Source: Flavobacteriales bacterium (GTDB lineage: Bacteria; Bacteroidota; Bacteroidia; Flavobacteriales_F; PHOS-HE28). From it: 64,000 bases of DNA. The stretch spans positions 34,144 to 98,143 of the forward strand of contig JADKGB010000013.1 in NCBI GenBank assembly GCA_016717225.1, given 5' to 3'. The position numbers and the translations under genes were made by a program. This document shows positions 51,322 to 60,587 of this stretch, one piece after another; the stretch's first letter is position 1; each line of letters opens with the position of its first letter. The notes beneath the pieces were generated by a model. It searched no databases, was not told where the DNA came from, and saw only the letters and a program-made list of their open reading frames with translations.

Positions 51322-51849
51322 ATGAACCGCTCCCTGATCCTTTCGATATTGGCACTTCTGGGGGTGTTCGTGCTCTTCGTACGCCAAAGTTCGATGCTGG
51401 ACGAGTTGAGGAAAGGCAGGATTACTGGTGCCATAACCTCTGCACCGTTGAATACTACCAATGCTGCACCGGTTGTTGAGGTCGCGCATTATATGGGCCG
51501 CATTCAAAGCCACGCTGAAAAGCTCTGGTGGGCTGGCCAGGCGGGTAATTTGGAATTGGCCAAATTCTACCGGCATGAGATCAAGGAGGAGATGGAAGAG
51601 ATCGCCAACGCGGGCATCACGAACGATGGGATCCGTGTTAGCGAGAACATGAAGGTCTATGGTATTCGTGCCATAGACGCACTGAAGGCACAGATCGCTA
51701 CGGACGGATTGAAGGACTTTCCTGCGCGCTACGAAGCGTTGGTGAATACCTGCACGAGTTGCCATGCGGTTTCGGGCCATCCCGAACTGCGGATCCGCGT
51801 TCCACTGGAGAACCGCTTCACCGGCCAGGACTTTTCGATCAAACCCTAA
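51322..51849 (+). CDS. membrane-anchored protein with C-terminal CxxCH motif (possible class II c-type cytochrome)
   Basis: N-terminal TM MNRSLILSILALLGVFVLFV. Helical core. Single heme-binding motif NTCTSCHAVSGH near the C-terminus, as in cytochrome c'/b562-like proteins. Confidence 0.5.
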   Translation: MNRSLILSILALLGVFVLFVRQSSMLDELRKGRITGAITSAPLNTTNAAPVVEVAHYMGRIQSHAEKLWWAGQAGNLELAKFYRHEIKEEMEEIANAGITNDGIRVSENMKVYGIRAIDALKAQIATDGLKDFPARYEALVNTCTSCHAVSGHPELRIRVPLENRFTGQDFSIKP

Positions 51850-51900
51850 CGTGACCGCGCCGGCTCTCCCCCGTCGTAAGGCCATCAACTGTTCCACCAG

Positions 51901-52485
51901 TTGTTCAAGAGCAGGACAAAACGAGACCAGTCGCTGACCGACGAGGAATTGGTGTCCGTGCTCCAGAAGGAGATGGATGCTGAACGCTTTGCTGTGCTCT
52001 ACGACCGCTATTCACCCAAAGTCTTCCAGAAGTGCATCGGCATGACACGGGATCGTGACTTGGCCAAGGACCTCACACACGACATTTTCGTCAAGGTATT
52101 CCTGAACCTTTCCAAATTCGATCATCGCAGCAAGTTCGGTACGTGGGTTTACAGCATCACCTACAACTACTGTTTGGACACGATCCGCAAGAGCAAACGG
52201 TTGCGTGAAGAGGAGATCGATGAGCGCACAGAAGAAGGGGTGCCTATGGACGAAAGCAGCGAGGCCCAGTTGCTCGGGTTGCGGGCAGAGCGATTGGACC
52301 ATGTGCTGAAAGAGATCGAAGCGACCGATCGCGCGATCTTGTTGATGAAGTACGAGGACGAGCTTTCTGTAGTGGACATGCAGGATGCATTGGGCTTGGG
52401 TGAGAGTGCTGTGAAGATGCGTTTGCTGCGTGCGCGTGAACGAGCTATGGCGAAGTACGCCGAACTTTATCCGGAAGAGCTATGA
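51901..52485 (+). CDS. RNA polymerase ECF-type sigma-70 factor
   Basis: Region 2 (..YSPKVFQKCIGMTRDRDLAKDLTHDIFVKVF..) and region 4 (..LSVVDMQDALGLGESAVKMRLLRARE..). Non-ATG (TTG) start likely. Confidence 0.85.
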   Translation: MFKSRTKRDQSLTDEELVSVLQKEMDAERFAVLYDRYSPKVFQKCIGMTRDRDLAKDLTHDIFVKVFLNLSKFDHRSKFGTWVYSITYNYCLDTIRKSKRLREEEIDERTEEGVPMDESSEAQLLGLRAERLDHVLKEIEATDRAILLMKYEDELSVVDMQDALGLGESAVKMRLLRARERAMAKYAELYPEEL

Positions 52486-52685
52486 GCGAGAACCCGTTCA
52501 AGATCATCCGGTCCACCGACCAACCGCCCGAATCGCTCCGAAAGGAAGTGGTGAGCAGTGTGAAATTCCTCATGCTCATGATGCGGTTCGTTCAACTTTT
52601 TGTGGCCGACTTCTCGTTGGCCTTGTTCGATAAGGTGCGCAAAGCCGATGGCGGTGATGCGGCACAAACAAAACCACGTAAATAA
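52482..52685 (+). CDS. small hypothetical protein (candidate anti-sigma factor)
   Basis: 67 aa. Its ATG overlaps the sigma-factor stop (ATGA). Hydrophobic segment FLMLMMRFVQLFVADFSLALF. Weak. Confidence 0.3.
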   Translation: MSENPFKIIRSTDQPPESLRKEVVSSVKFLMLMMRFVQLFVADFSLALFDKVRKADGGDAAQTKPRK

Positions 52686-52695
52686 ACCGCTCTCC

Positions 52696-53538
52696 ATGGA
52701 CCTTGAACTTTTGAAGAACAGCCTGCGCCACGCGTTCGAGCAGTACATCGTGGCCATCATCAGCGGCCTTCCAGGTATCATCAGCGGGGTCATTGTTCTA
52801 TTGCTCGGTTGGTTGATAGCCAAAGTGTTGCGCGGTATTGTGAAGAGTATGGCCAGCCGCTCGGGCCTTGATGGCATGATGGAGAAAAGCGGGTTCTCGA
52901 AGGTGCTCTCCAAAGTGGGTATTTCGAAGATCTCGTCCTTCCTGAGCGGCCTTGTGTACGCATTCATTTGGCTCATTTTCATCGTCGCTGCTGCCGATGC
53001 CATGCACCTTACGGGTGTTACGAGCGCCATCAACGCACTCTTCGCCTATATGCCAACGTTGTTCACGGCGTTGGCCATTTTCCTGGTGGGTCTTTGGGGC
53101 GGTGAATTGGTGAAGAACGCGGTTGCCACCATGATGGAAAGCGTGGGTTTGAGCGGTGGAAAGGTGCTCGCCTCCGTTCTGTTCGGGATCATCGTGCTGT
53201 TCACGTCCATTACCGCGCTGAACATGGCCGGGGTCGATACGTCGTTGATCACATCCAATATCGTGGTTGTGATGGGGGGCATCCTCATTGCATTTTGTAT
53301 CGCATATGGCTTTGCGGCACGTGAGATCCTGACCAATATCCTGAGCAGTTACTATGGAAAGGACCGTTACAAACCCGGCATGCGTGTGCGTATTGGAACG
53401 GATGAAGGAGTGATCGAAAAGATCGATAGCATCAATATCGTGTTGCGCACACAGGATCGCTTGGTTTTGTTACCCACCAAATTGCTGATCAGCGAGCGGG
53501 TTGAGGTGATCGGCGAAATTCCTGCTACTGAAGAGTGA
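52696..53538 (+). CDS. membrane protein with conserved TM-helix repeats and MscS-like C-terminal beta domain
   Basis: Repeated TM segments (GLPGIISGVIVLLLGWLIAKVL ...). C-terminal GMRVRIGTDEGVIEKIDSINIVLRTQDRLVLLPT. Confidence 0.55.
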   Translation: MDLELLKNSLRHAFEQYIVAIISGLPGIISGVIVLLLGWLIAKVLRGIVKSMASRSGLDGMMEKSGFSKVLSKVGISKISSFLSGLVYAFIWLIFIVAAADAMHLTGVTSAINALFAYMPTLFTALAIFLVGLWGGELVKNAVATMMESVGLSGGKVLASVLFGIIVLFTSITALNMAGVDTSLITSNIVVVMGGILIAFCIAYGFAAREILTNILSSYYGKDRYKPGMRVRIGTDEGVIEKIDSINIVLRTQDRLVLLPTKLLISERVEVIGEIPATEE

Positions 53539-53577
53539 CGAGATCGATCTTTCGCGTCCTTAGCCAAGTCAACTCAA

Positions 53578-54414
53578 ATGCATGACAGCGTGAACGAGCA
53601 GATCGGACAAGTGAACGTATGGGGCCAGAAGGCCATGAGCCTTGCCATGGATTATGCCCCCAAAGTGCTTATGGCACTGCTGGTACTTTGGGTCGGTGGT
53701 ATGCTTATTCGCATGGTGGCCCGGTTGCTGGGAAAAGTATTGGATCGCAAGGGGGTAGAACCCACGTTGAAGCGTTTCCTGCACAGCTTGGTGACCATCT
53801 CCCTGCGCATTCTGCTGTTCATCACAGCCATCCAGATGATGGGTGTGGAGACCACCAGTTTCGTAGCGATCATCGGTGCCGCTGGCCTTGCAGTGGGCCT
53901 CGCCTTGCAAGGAACGTTGGCCAATTTCGCTGGTGGAACCTTGATCCTTCTTTTCAAACCGTACAAGGTTGGTGACCTGATCGAAGCCCAAGGAGTATTG
54001 GGCAATGTGAAAGAGATCCAGATCTTCACAACCGTGCTGCTTACACCTGAGAACAAGACCGCGATCATTCCGAACGGAGCCATGGCCAATGGCAATATCA
54101 TCAACTACAGTGCTGATGGGAAAATGCGCGTTGATCTAACGTTCGGCATCAGTAACGATACTACCATCAGCAAAGCTCGTGAAGCCCTTTTGGCAGCGAT
54201 GCAAGCGAACCCACTTGTTCTTCAAGCTCCTGCACCTTCCGTTACCGTGAACAAGCTTACGATGGATGGTGTCGAGCTTGCCGTTCGCCCATGGTGCGAC
54301 CCTGCACATTATTGGGACGTGTACTTCGGCGTCTATGAACAAGGCCGAGATGCACTTATCGCAGCTGGAGTTAAAGGCCCTCAAAAGGAAGTGAACGTGC
54401 ACAACATCGACTGA
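53578..54414 (+). CDS. mscS: small-conductance mechanosensitive channel MscS family
   Basis: Three TM helices, then ..FKPYKVGDLIEAQGVLGNVKEIQIFTTVLLTPENKTAIIPNGAM. Confidence 0.9.
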   Translation: MHDSVNEQIGQVNVWGQKAMSLAMDYAPKVLMALLVLWVGGMLIRMVARLLGKVLDRKGVEPTLKRFLHSLVTISLRILLFITAIQMMGVETTSFVAIIGAAGLAVGLALQGTLANFAGGTLILLFKPYKVGDLIEAQGVLGNVKEIQIFTTVLLTPENKTAIIPNGAMANGNIINYSADGKMRVDLTFGISNDTTISKAREALLAAMQANPLVLQAPAPSVTVNKLTMDGVELAVRPWCDPAHYWDVYFGVYEQGRDALIAAGVKGPQKEVNVHNID

Positions 54415-54458
54415 CCACCAACTTTTCGGAAGCAACCACCACCCCCAACCAAAAAACC

Positions 54459-55424
54459 ATGAAACGACTACTAACCCTCACCATCGCCTCCTTGCCCGTG
54501 ATATGCGCACAGGCCCAGGACGCTACCAAGGTCATTCGCGAGTCCGCACCTCTATCCGCAGCGGATTCTACCGGTAAGGAATGGACCAAAGGCGCAACTT
54601 TCAACATCAACCTTACCCAGGTCAGCTTGACCAATTGGGTTGCCGGTGGGAACAACAGTGTTGGAGGGATCGTGCTTTTCAACGGCTTCGCCAACCGCCA
54701 CAAGGGAAAATACGTTTGGGATAATTCCTTGGTGTTGGCTTTTGGTGGCCAAATGCAAGCGCCACAGGGGTACAGTTTTGCGGATGGTGCTCCTACGAAA
54801 ACCGATGATCGTATCGAGTTGAACAGCAAGTGGGGACGCGAGATCAAGAAGCCGTGGTATTTCTCTGCGTTGGGCCAGTTCAAGACACAGTTCACTGAGG
54901 GCTTTGATGGATCGAACAACCGGATCTCGAACCTCTTAGCGCCTGCTTACCTCATTTTGGCAGTTGGTCTTGATTACCGCCCGAACGACAACTTCTCGGT
55001 CTTCATTTCGCCAGCAGCCATGAAGTTGACCATGGTGAACGACAAGACATTGTTCGGAGGAAGCACGGATAAGGACCTGCGCGTGTTCGGAGTGAAGAAC
55101 GGCAGCACTACGGAGGTGGAATTTGGGGGTTACCTGCGCGCTCAATACAAGAAGGATCTCGCGAAGAACTTCACCTTCCTGACACGTGGTGATCTGTACA
55201 GCAACTATTTGCGAAATCCACAGAATGTCGACGTTACCTGGGAGACATTGTGGACACTGAAGATCACCGACTGGTTCGCGGCATCGTTCAATACGCTGTT
55301 ATTGTACGATCACGACATCGATGTGCCCAAGTTGAAGGACGTTGATGGTGTGAAAGTGCCATTTGCTGGACCCGGAACACAGTTCAAGCAAACACTCGGA
55401 ATTGGCTTGACCTGGAAGCTCTGA
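54459..55424 (+). CDS. outer-membrane beta-barrel-like exported protein (possibly DUF3078)
   Basis: Signal MKRLLTLTIASLPVICAQA. Alternating beta pattern. C-terminal ..GIGLTWKL. Confidence 0.45.
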   Translation: MKRLLTLTIASLPVICAQAQDATKVIRESAPLSAADSTGKEWTKGATFNINLTQVSLTNWVAGGNNSVGGIVLFNGFANRHKGKYVWDNSLVLAFGGQMQAPQGYSFADGAPTKTDDRIELNSKWGREIKKPWYFSALGQFKTQFTEGFDGSNNRISNLLAPAYLILAVGLDYRPNDNFSVFISPAAMKLTMVNDKTLFGGSTDKDLRVFGVKNGSTTEVEFGGYLRAQYKKDLAKNFTFLTRGDLYSNYLRNPQNVDVTWETLWTLKITDWFAASFNTLLLYDHDIDVPKLKDVDGVKVPFAGPGTQFKQTLGIGLTWKL

Positions 55425-55448
55425 CCAGTCACTTGACCATTGAAATCA

Positions 55449-55485
55449 CAACCCCGACACATCGTGTCGGGGTTGTTTGTTTTTC
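55449..55485. terminator. bidirectional rho-independent terminator between convergent genes
   Basis: caaccccgacac-atcg-gtgtcggggttg followed by TTTGTTTTT. Confidence 0.65.
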
Positions 55486-57484
55486 AACGGTAGAGCCACT
55501 CGCCGTGAATGGGCTGGAAGTAGCTGTAAAGCACAGGATCCCCTTGCCGAACGCGAACGCTGAGTGAACTGATCGACACTTTTTTCTGGCCCGGATTGTA
55601 GAGATATGCTTTCAGACTGAGCCCTTGGCCGTGGCCAGGAAGATCAGCCAATTTTACGGCCGTGATCAACGCTGAACGATCCTTTGTATGCGGCAGTTGG
55701 AGAAGCTCAGAGGCACGATAGAAAACAGTGCTATCCCCATTTTTCAATTCGGCAACAAGTCGCAGGTCGCACGAAGGTTCCGAACGTTCCACGTCCGCGC
55801 GTATTTCAATTACATCGTTGTCGGTCCTCGCTAATTCGCTCACAGGTTTTTCGAACAGCGCGCCGTATTCGTGTCCTGTGAAGTCCCATCGTTCCAGCGC
55901 GAGAAATGGAGCGTTGGCGGGATCGGAAACCAGTTTGATGGAACTATCGATCACCCAATCTTCGCCGCCAATGGCTTGCGGAGTTCTCAGTCCTTTGAGG
56001 TCAGTGTCATCTATTCGGTTGCTCGGAGGACTTGATCGGAACAGAAATGTTTGCCCATCGTTCCTATCGACGCGTTTCACGAGGAATGGGAATCGCACTT
56101 GCACCTTGGCCACGTTCTCGGGCTGGGCATGGGTGGTTTGTCCATAGAAACAACTGCTCACTTCTGTGGCGGCCAAAAGGCTGTCCAAAATCCAAGGTGG
56201 CTGCGTTCTCAGATTGATGTATGGAGCTTGTGATGGATTTACGCACCATAGCTTCCGATAGAATCCCATGACTTCTTCGGGGAGGTCGACAATGGCGAGT
56301 GTCCCATTTTCTTCCGCATCCATGGTTCCTTGCACGATGTCCTCGTACTTGCTGGTCCTGACCATCTCAAAATGCCTGCGTTCTGTTGCCAGCGTCCAGG
56401 TTGCAATTGTCGCACAAATGCCGGCAATCACAATTCCGTGCTTCGGAGCCAAATGACGCAGCCCGGCAAGGATCCCCATGAGCAGATAAGGGAACGAGAA
56501 AAGAACAACGCTGTATTGTAGCACAGGTGACCTGAAGACCGAGTAAGCATAGCCGATCACCAGTGGCAGTAGACCCCATACGAACGTAATGACCAGAAGA
56601 GGAGCGGAAGCGCCCCCCTTATGCTTGATGCGCAAGTAGAGCGAACCGCAACAAAGCATCAATAGCAGCAAGGCAAACAAGGCTGAACAATGGGCGATCC
56701 ACCACACATAGTCCAAGACCCATTCCGGACTTGGCGACGTAAGCCATTCGTCCAAGCCTTTCATACCGAGTTGCGCGAAGAAGAGCGGGATGTTCGGTAC
56801 ATAACCCAGCACAATGATCCCACATGCGATCAAATAGGCCCTGCGTTGTTCCGCATTGATCAAGAACAGCCCCGTAATGCAGATGAACGCGGCGAGCATC
56901 AACGAGAAGTGATGCGTGTACGCACTAAGAACTGCCGAAATACCCAGCCCGATGAGGTGTTTTCGTTGCCCGTTCCCAATGAAACGTGTAAGCTGATCAG
57001 CCAGCAGCGCTGTTGTGAAAAAGCCCATCGCGTAGGGTCGAGCGATCTGCCCGTACATCACCGTGTATTGCATGGAGGCCATCAATGCAGTACCGATCAG
57101 CGCTGCTGTGCTGCTCGTCCAGGCATGCATCACGCGGTACAAAAAGAACAATGCGAGAACGGACATCAAGATGAACGGTGCTTTCACTGCGCCATCTCCG
57201 AAGCCGAACAGTTGTGTCCAGCACCACAGGAAGGCATGCGTTCCAGGTGGATGGGTATCTACGCCGACGACTCCTTTGGAGATCGCTTCGGAGAGCGTTG
57301 AATAGTCCACACGCACCAATGCGCTGATCTCATCGTGCGTAAAAGGGATGCTCGGAAAACCCCAACAGCGAAGTACCAGAGCCAGGGTCAGGAAACAGGC
57401 CAGCGCGATCTTCTCGGCAAACGAACCCGGAAGGAATGATCCAGCATCCGATCCGAGCTGATCGCGCCAATTGGTTCTATCCAT
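55484..57484 (-). CDS. glycosyltransferase family 39-like (ArnT/PMT-type) membrane protein with C-terminal extracytoplasmic domain
   Basis: N-terminal ~420 aa are polytopic TM, with a DE-like motif ..FTHDEISALV in the first loop. The C-terminal 250 aa are soluble. ATG at 57482-57484. Confidence 0.7.
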   Translation of the reverse strand: MDRTNWRDQLGSDAGSFLPGSFAEKIALACFLTLALVLRCWGFPSIPFTHDEISALVRVDYSTLSEAISKGVVGVDTHPPGTHAFLWCWTQLFGFGDGAVKAPFILMSVLALFFLYRVMHAWTSSTAALIGTALMASMQYTVMYGQIARPYAMGFFTTALLADQLTRFIGNGQRKHLIGLGISAVLSAYTHHFSLMLAAFICITGLFLINAEQRRAYLIACGIIVLGYVPNIPLFFAQLGMKGLDEWLTSPSPEWVLDYVWWIAHCSALFALLLLMLCCGSLYLRIKHKGGASAPLLVITFVWGLLPLVIGYAYSVFRSPVLQYSVVLFSFPYLLMGILAGLRHLAPKHGIVIAGICATIATWTLATERRHFEMVRTSKYEDIVQGTMDAEENGTLAIVDLPEEVMGFYRKLWCVNPSQAPYINLRTQPPWILDSLLAATEVSSCFYGQTTHAQPENVAKVQVRFPFLVKRVDRNDGQTFLFRSSPPSNRIDDTDLKGLRTPQAIGGEDWVIDSSIKLVSDPANAPFLALERWDFTGHEYGALFEKPVSELARTDNDVIEIRADVERSEPSCDLRLVAELKNGDSTVFYRASELLQLPHTKDRSALITAVKLADLPGHGQGLSLKAYLYNPGQKKVSISSLSVRVRQGDPVLYSYFQPIHGEWLYR

Positions 57485-57929
57485 GTTCACGAGCCAGATC
57501 GCGTTGCACGTCTTTTTCTTTGAGGCTATCGCGTTTGTCGTAGGTCTTCTTTCCCTTGGCAAGCGCAATGTCAACCTTGGCCAATCCTTTTTTACTGAAG
57601 AAGACACGCACGGGCACGATGGTCATGCCTTGGTCTTTCAGTTTGCGCTGAAGTTTCTTCAGCTCTGTTCGATGCAATAGAAGTTTACGGTCGCGCTTGG
57701 GCTCGTGGGCATAGTGTCTCGCTTTCTCGAAAGGCTGAATGGTCATGTTGCGAAGCACGAGTTCATCCCCAGCGAAGGTGCAAAAAGCATCCGTGATGTT
57801 CGCGTCGCCCAAGCGAAGACTTTTCACTTCACTCCCAACCAGTTGGATACCGCATTCGTAGGTCTCCAAAAAGAAGTACTCGAACGCGGCACGCCGGTTC
57901 TTCACTTCGGGCATTACGGGTGTGGTCAT
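57477..57929 (-). CDS. smpB: SsrA-binding protein SmpB
   Basis: 150 aa. Resembles SmpB (tmRNA partner). The assignment is from memory of the family, not from a traced motif. Confidence 0.9.
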   Translation of the reverse strand: MTTPVMPEVKNRRAAFEYFFLETYECGIQLVGSEVKSLRLGDANITDAFCTFAGDELVLRNMTIQPFEKARHYAHEPKRDRKLLLHRTELKKLQRKLKDQGMTIVPVRVFFSKKGLAKVDIALAKGKKTYDKRDSLKEKDVQRDLAREHG

Positions 57930-57987
57930 TCCAACATCCCTGTTGATGGGAAAGGCGAAGATGCGGGGTATGTGCCGAAGTTCGCTC

Positions 57988-59859
57988 TCAACGAACGATC
58001 AACACCGGCACTTTCACCCGGTGGCGCACGGCATCCACTGTAGCACCCAACAACAGGTCCTTCAGCCCTTTATGGCCGTGGCCGCCCATCACCAGCAGAT
58101 CGCATTGACTCGTATTCACGATAGCGCTGATGGCACGCACTGGATGGCCGTGACCGGTCCGGCTCCATGCTCGGAAGCCGAGTTCTTTCAGCCGGTCCAC
58201 GTAATGCTTCAGGTTTTCCGCGTCGCGCTGTGTTTCGTGGTCCGTGCTCAGTTCGCCAGCGTAACGCGCCGCCGCTGATTCGGTGATGTGTATGAGCATG
58301 TATTCCGCTTCCTTGCCACCTTGTGCAACAGCCGCATCGATGCTACGTTGGTCCACACCGCTGAAATCAACGGCAATGCAAATGCGCTCGTAACGCTTTA
58401 CATTGGGGGGGAGGAGTTCAGGCGCAGCGTCATGCAGGTGTTTTTTAGCCCGGCGTCGAGGTTTGAAGAACGGTTTGAACGCTACATAGATCAGAAGCAG
58501 GAACGCTGCGATCACCACCGGGATCACCAAGACATCCACCCAGATCGCCTGTTCACCGGCAACTGTGCGCCATTCGCTGATCTGCTGCACCACCAAACGG
58601 GCGTTCAACGAAACGATGATGATCGCGGTGAGCCACGCCAGGGCTTGCACCCAGCGTTTGATAACGTGTTCGCCCATGCGCACTTTGTCGCTGGTGAAGT
58701 GGATCAGCGGGATCACGGCAAAGCCCAATTGCAGGCTCAGGATCACCTGGCTCAACACGAGCAATTCCCCCAATGAACCTTCACCGAACCAGACGATGCA
58801 CACCACGGCTGGCACAATGGCGATCATGCGCGTGATCAAGCGGCGCAACCACGGGCGAATTCGCAGATCCAGGTAGCCTTCCATGATGATCTGTCCAGCG
58901 AGCGTGCCGGTGATCGTGCTGCTTTGCCCACTGCCGATAAGCGCGATAGCGAAGAGAGCAGGAGCGAGGTTCCCGAACAGCGAGCGCAATAATTCGTGGG
59001 CTTGGTCGATCTCAGCCACGTCCGTATGACCCGTTGTGTGGAATGCAGCTGCAGCCAGGATCAGTATCGCCGAATTCACCAGGAAGGCAACGTTCAGCGC
59101 GATCGTCGTATCGAAGAAATTGAATCGGATGGCATCACGAATACCCTTGGGGTCGCGACCATGCTTGCGTGTTTGCACAAGCGACGAATGCAAATACAGA
59201 TTGTGTGGCATCACCGTTGCGCCGATGATGCCAATGGCGATATAGAGCGCATTCCCTTCCAAAGCAGAAGGCACCAAGCCCTTGATCAGGGATCCGAATT
59301 CAGGTTGCACAATGAACATCTCTGCCAAGAAAGACAAGCCGATCATGCTCACGAGACTGATGATGAAGACCTCCAGCACGCGCATGCCGCGGTGCATAAG
59401 GAACAAGATGATCAGCGCATCGGCCGCTGTAATGAGCACACCGGTTAGCAACGGTAGTCCGAAGAGCAGGTTCAATCCGATGGCCATGCCGATCACTTCT
59501 GCAAGATCGCACGCGGCAATGGCGATCTCTGCGAGTATGTACAGCGGGATGTTCACCCAAGGTGGATAGGTGTGACGACTAGCCTGTGCAAGGTCGAGCC
59601 CACGTACTATCCCGAGCCGCGCGCTGAGGCTTTGCAATAGCAAGGCCATCAGGTTGCTCATCAGCAGCACCCACAAGAGTTTGTATCCGAAGGCGCTTCC
59701 ACCCGCGATGTCCGTGGCCCAGTTACCGGGATCCATGTAGCCAACGCTCACCAAATAGGCCGGGCCTATGAACGCGAGCAACTTGCGCCAGCCTTTCGCA
59801 ACAGGTACGGCCACGCTGCCGTGAACTTCGCTTAGCGACTTGTGTTCCCTGTCTTTCAT
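57988..59859 (-). CDS. mntH: Nramp-family divalent metal (Mn2+/Fe2+) transporter MntH fused to a C-terminal universal stress protein (UspA) domain
   Basis: GPAYLVSVGYMDPGNWATDIAGG Nramp signature. C-terminal ~140 aa ..ICIAVDFSG...LLVMGGHGHKGLKDLLLGATVDAVRHRVKVPVLIV is a Usp fold. Confidence 0.9.
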   Translation of the reverse strand: MKDREHKSLSEVHGSVAVPVAKGWRKLLAFIGPAYLVSVGYMDPGNWATDIAGGSAFGYKLLWVLLMSNLMALLLQSLSARLGIVRGLDLAQASRHTYPPWVNIPLYILAEIAIAACDLAEVIGMAIGLNLLFGLPLLTGVLITAADALIILFLMHRGMRVLEVFIISLVSMIGLSFLAEMFIVQPEFGSLIKGLVPSALEGNALYIAIGIIGATVMPHNLYLHSSLVQTRKHGRDPKGIRDAIRFNFFDTTIALNVAFLVNSAILILAAAAFHTTGHTDVAEIDQAHELLRSLFGNLAPALFAIALIGSGQSSTITGTLAGQIIMEGYLDLRIRPWLRRLITRMIAIVPAVVCIVWFGEGSLGELLVLSQVILSLQLGFAVIPLIHFTSDKVRMGEHVIKRWVQALAWLTAIIIVSLNARLVVQQISEWRTVAGEQAIWVDVLVIPVVIAAFLLLIYVAFKPFFKPRRRAKKHLHDAAPELLPPNVKRYERICIAVDFSGVDQRSIDAAVAQGGKEAEYMLIHITESAAARYAGELSTDHETQRDAENLKHYVDRLKELGFRAWSRTGHGHPVRAISAIVNTSQCDLLVMGGHGHKGLKDLLLGATVDAVRHRVKVPVLIVR

Positions 59860-59862
59860 GCC

Positions 59863-60519
59863 TCAGGCGTTCTCTACTTGCAAGTGATGGATCACGTCCT
59901 TGCTGAGGCTGAAGGCCGATCCCCGTTGCGGTTTGATGTCCATGCTGCCGTCGAACGCATGTACGTCCTGTACGGACAGGGTGGTGCCGATGCGCAGACC
60001 TTTCGCGTCGAGCAGGCGTAGCAATCCGTCGGTGGTCTCGCTTACCGCCGCAATGCGCACGCTCTCGCCGGGCTTGCACGTGTTCAGGCGCTTTGTCTTG
60101 CGGGTGCGCAGCTTGCCTTGCTTGTCCGGTATGGGATCCCCGTGCGGGTCGAAATGCGGATGGCCCAGGTACTCGTCCAGTTTGTCGATGAGCTTCTCGT
60201 TGGCCACATGCTCCATTTGTTCGGCCACTTCATGTACTTCATCCCAACCGAAGCCGAGGCGTTCCACCAAGAACGTCTCCCACAAGCGGTGCCTGCGCAC
60301 GAGCTGCAAGGCGATGGCTTGTCCCTTGGCGGTGAGCTTCGCGCCGTAGTAGGGTTCGTGCTTCAGCAGGCTCTTGCCGCTCAGCTTCTTCAGCATGTCG
60401 GTGACGCTGCTGGCCTTGGTGCGCAGGCGTTCCGCGATGTCCTTCGTGAACGCGCTCTCGCCCTCTTGGAGCAGGGCGTACACGGCCTTGATGTGGTCTT
60501 CTTCGCTGCGGGTGAGCAT
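59863..60519 (-). CDS. mntR: DtxR/MntR-family metal-dependent transcriptional regulator with FeoA-like C-terminal domain
   Basis: HTH ..FTKDIAERLRTKASSVTDMLKKL... Metal-site residues. Lies 4 nt upstream of mntH. Confidence 0.85.
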   Translation of the reverse strand: MLTRSEEDHIKAVYALLQEGESAFTKDIAERLRTKASSVTDMLKKLSGKSLLKHEPYYGAKLTAKGQAIALQLVRRHRLWETFLVERLGFGWDEVHEVAEQMEHVANEKLIDKLDEYLGHPHFDPHGDPIPDKQGKLRTRKTKRLNTCKPGESVRIAAVSETTDGLLRLLDAKGLRIGTTLSVQDVHAFDGSMDIKPQRGSAFSLSKDVIHHLQVENA

Positions 60520-60548
60520 GACGGTCTGCGGCGAATGTAGAAAATAAA

Positions 60549-60562
60549 TTAGGGACGCCTAA
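60549..60562. promoter_or_regulatory. candidate DtxR/MntR-family operator (TTAGG-N4-CCTAA palindrome) in the divergent mntR / TonB-receptor promoter region
   Basis: aaTTAGGgacgCCTAAaa matches the TTAGG...CCTAA core of DtxR-type boxes. Lies between the mntR start (60519) and the TonB-dependent receptor start (60588). Confidence 0.5.
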
Positions 60563-60587
60563 AAAACGATCTACTTTCGCCGGCAGA

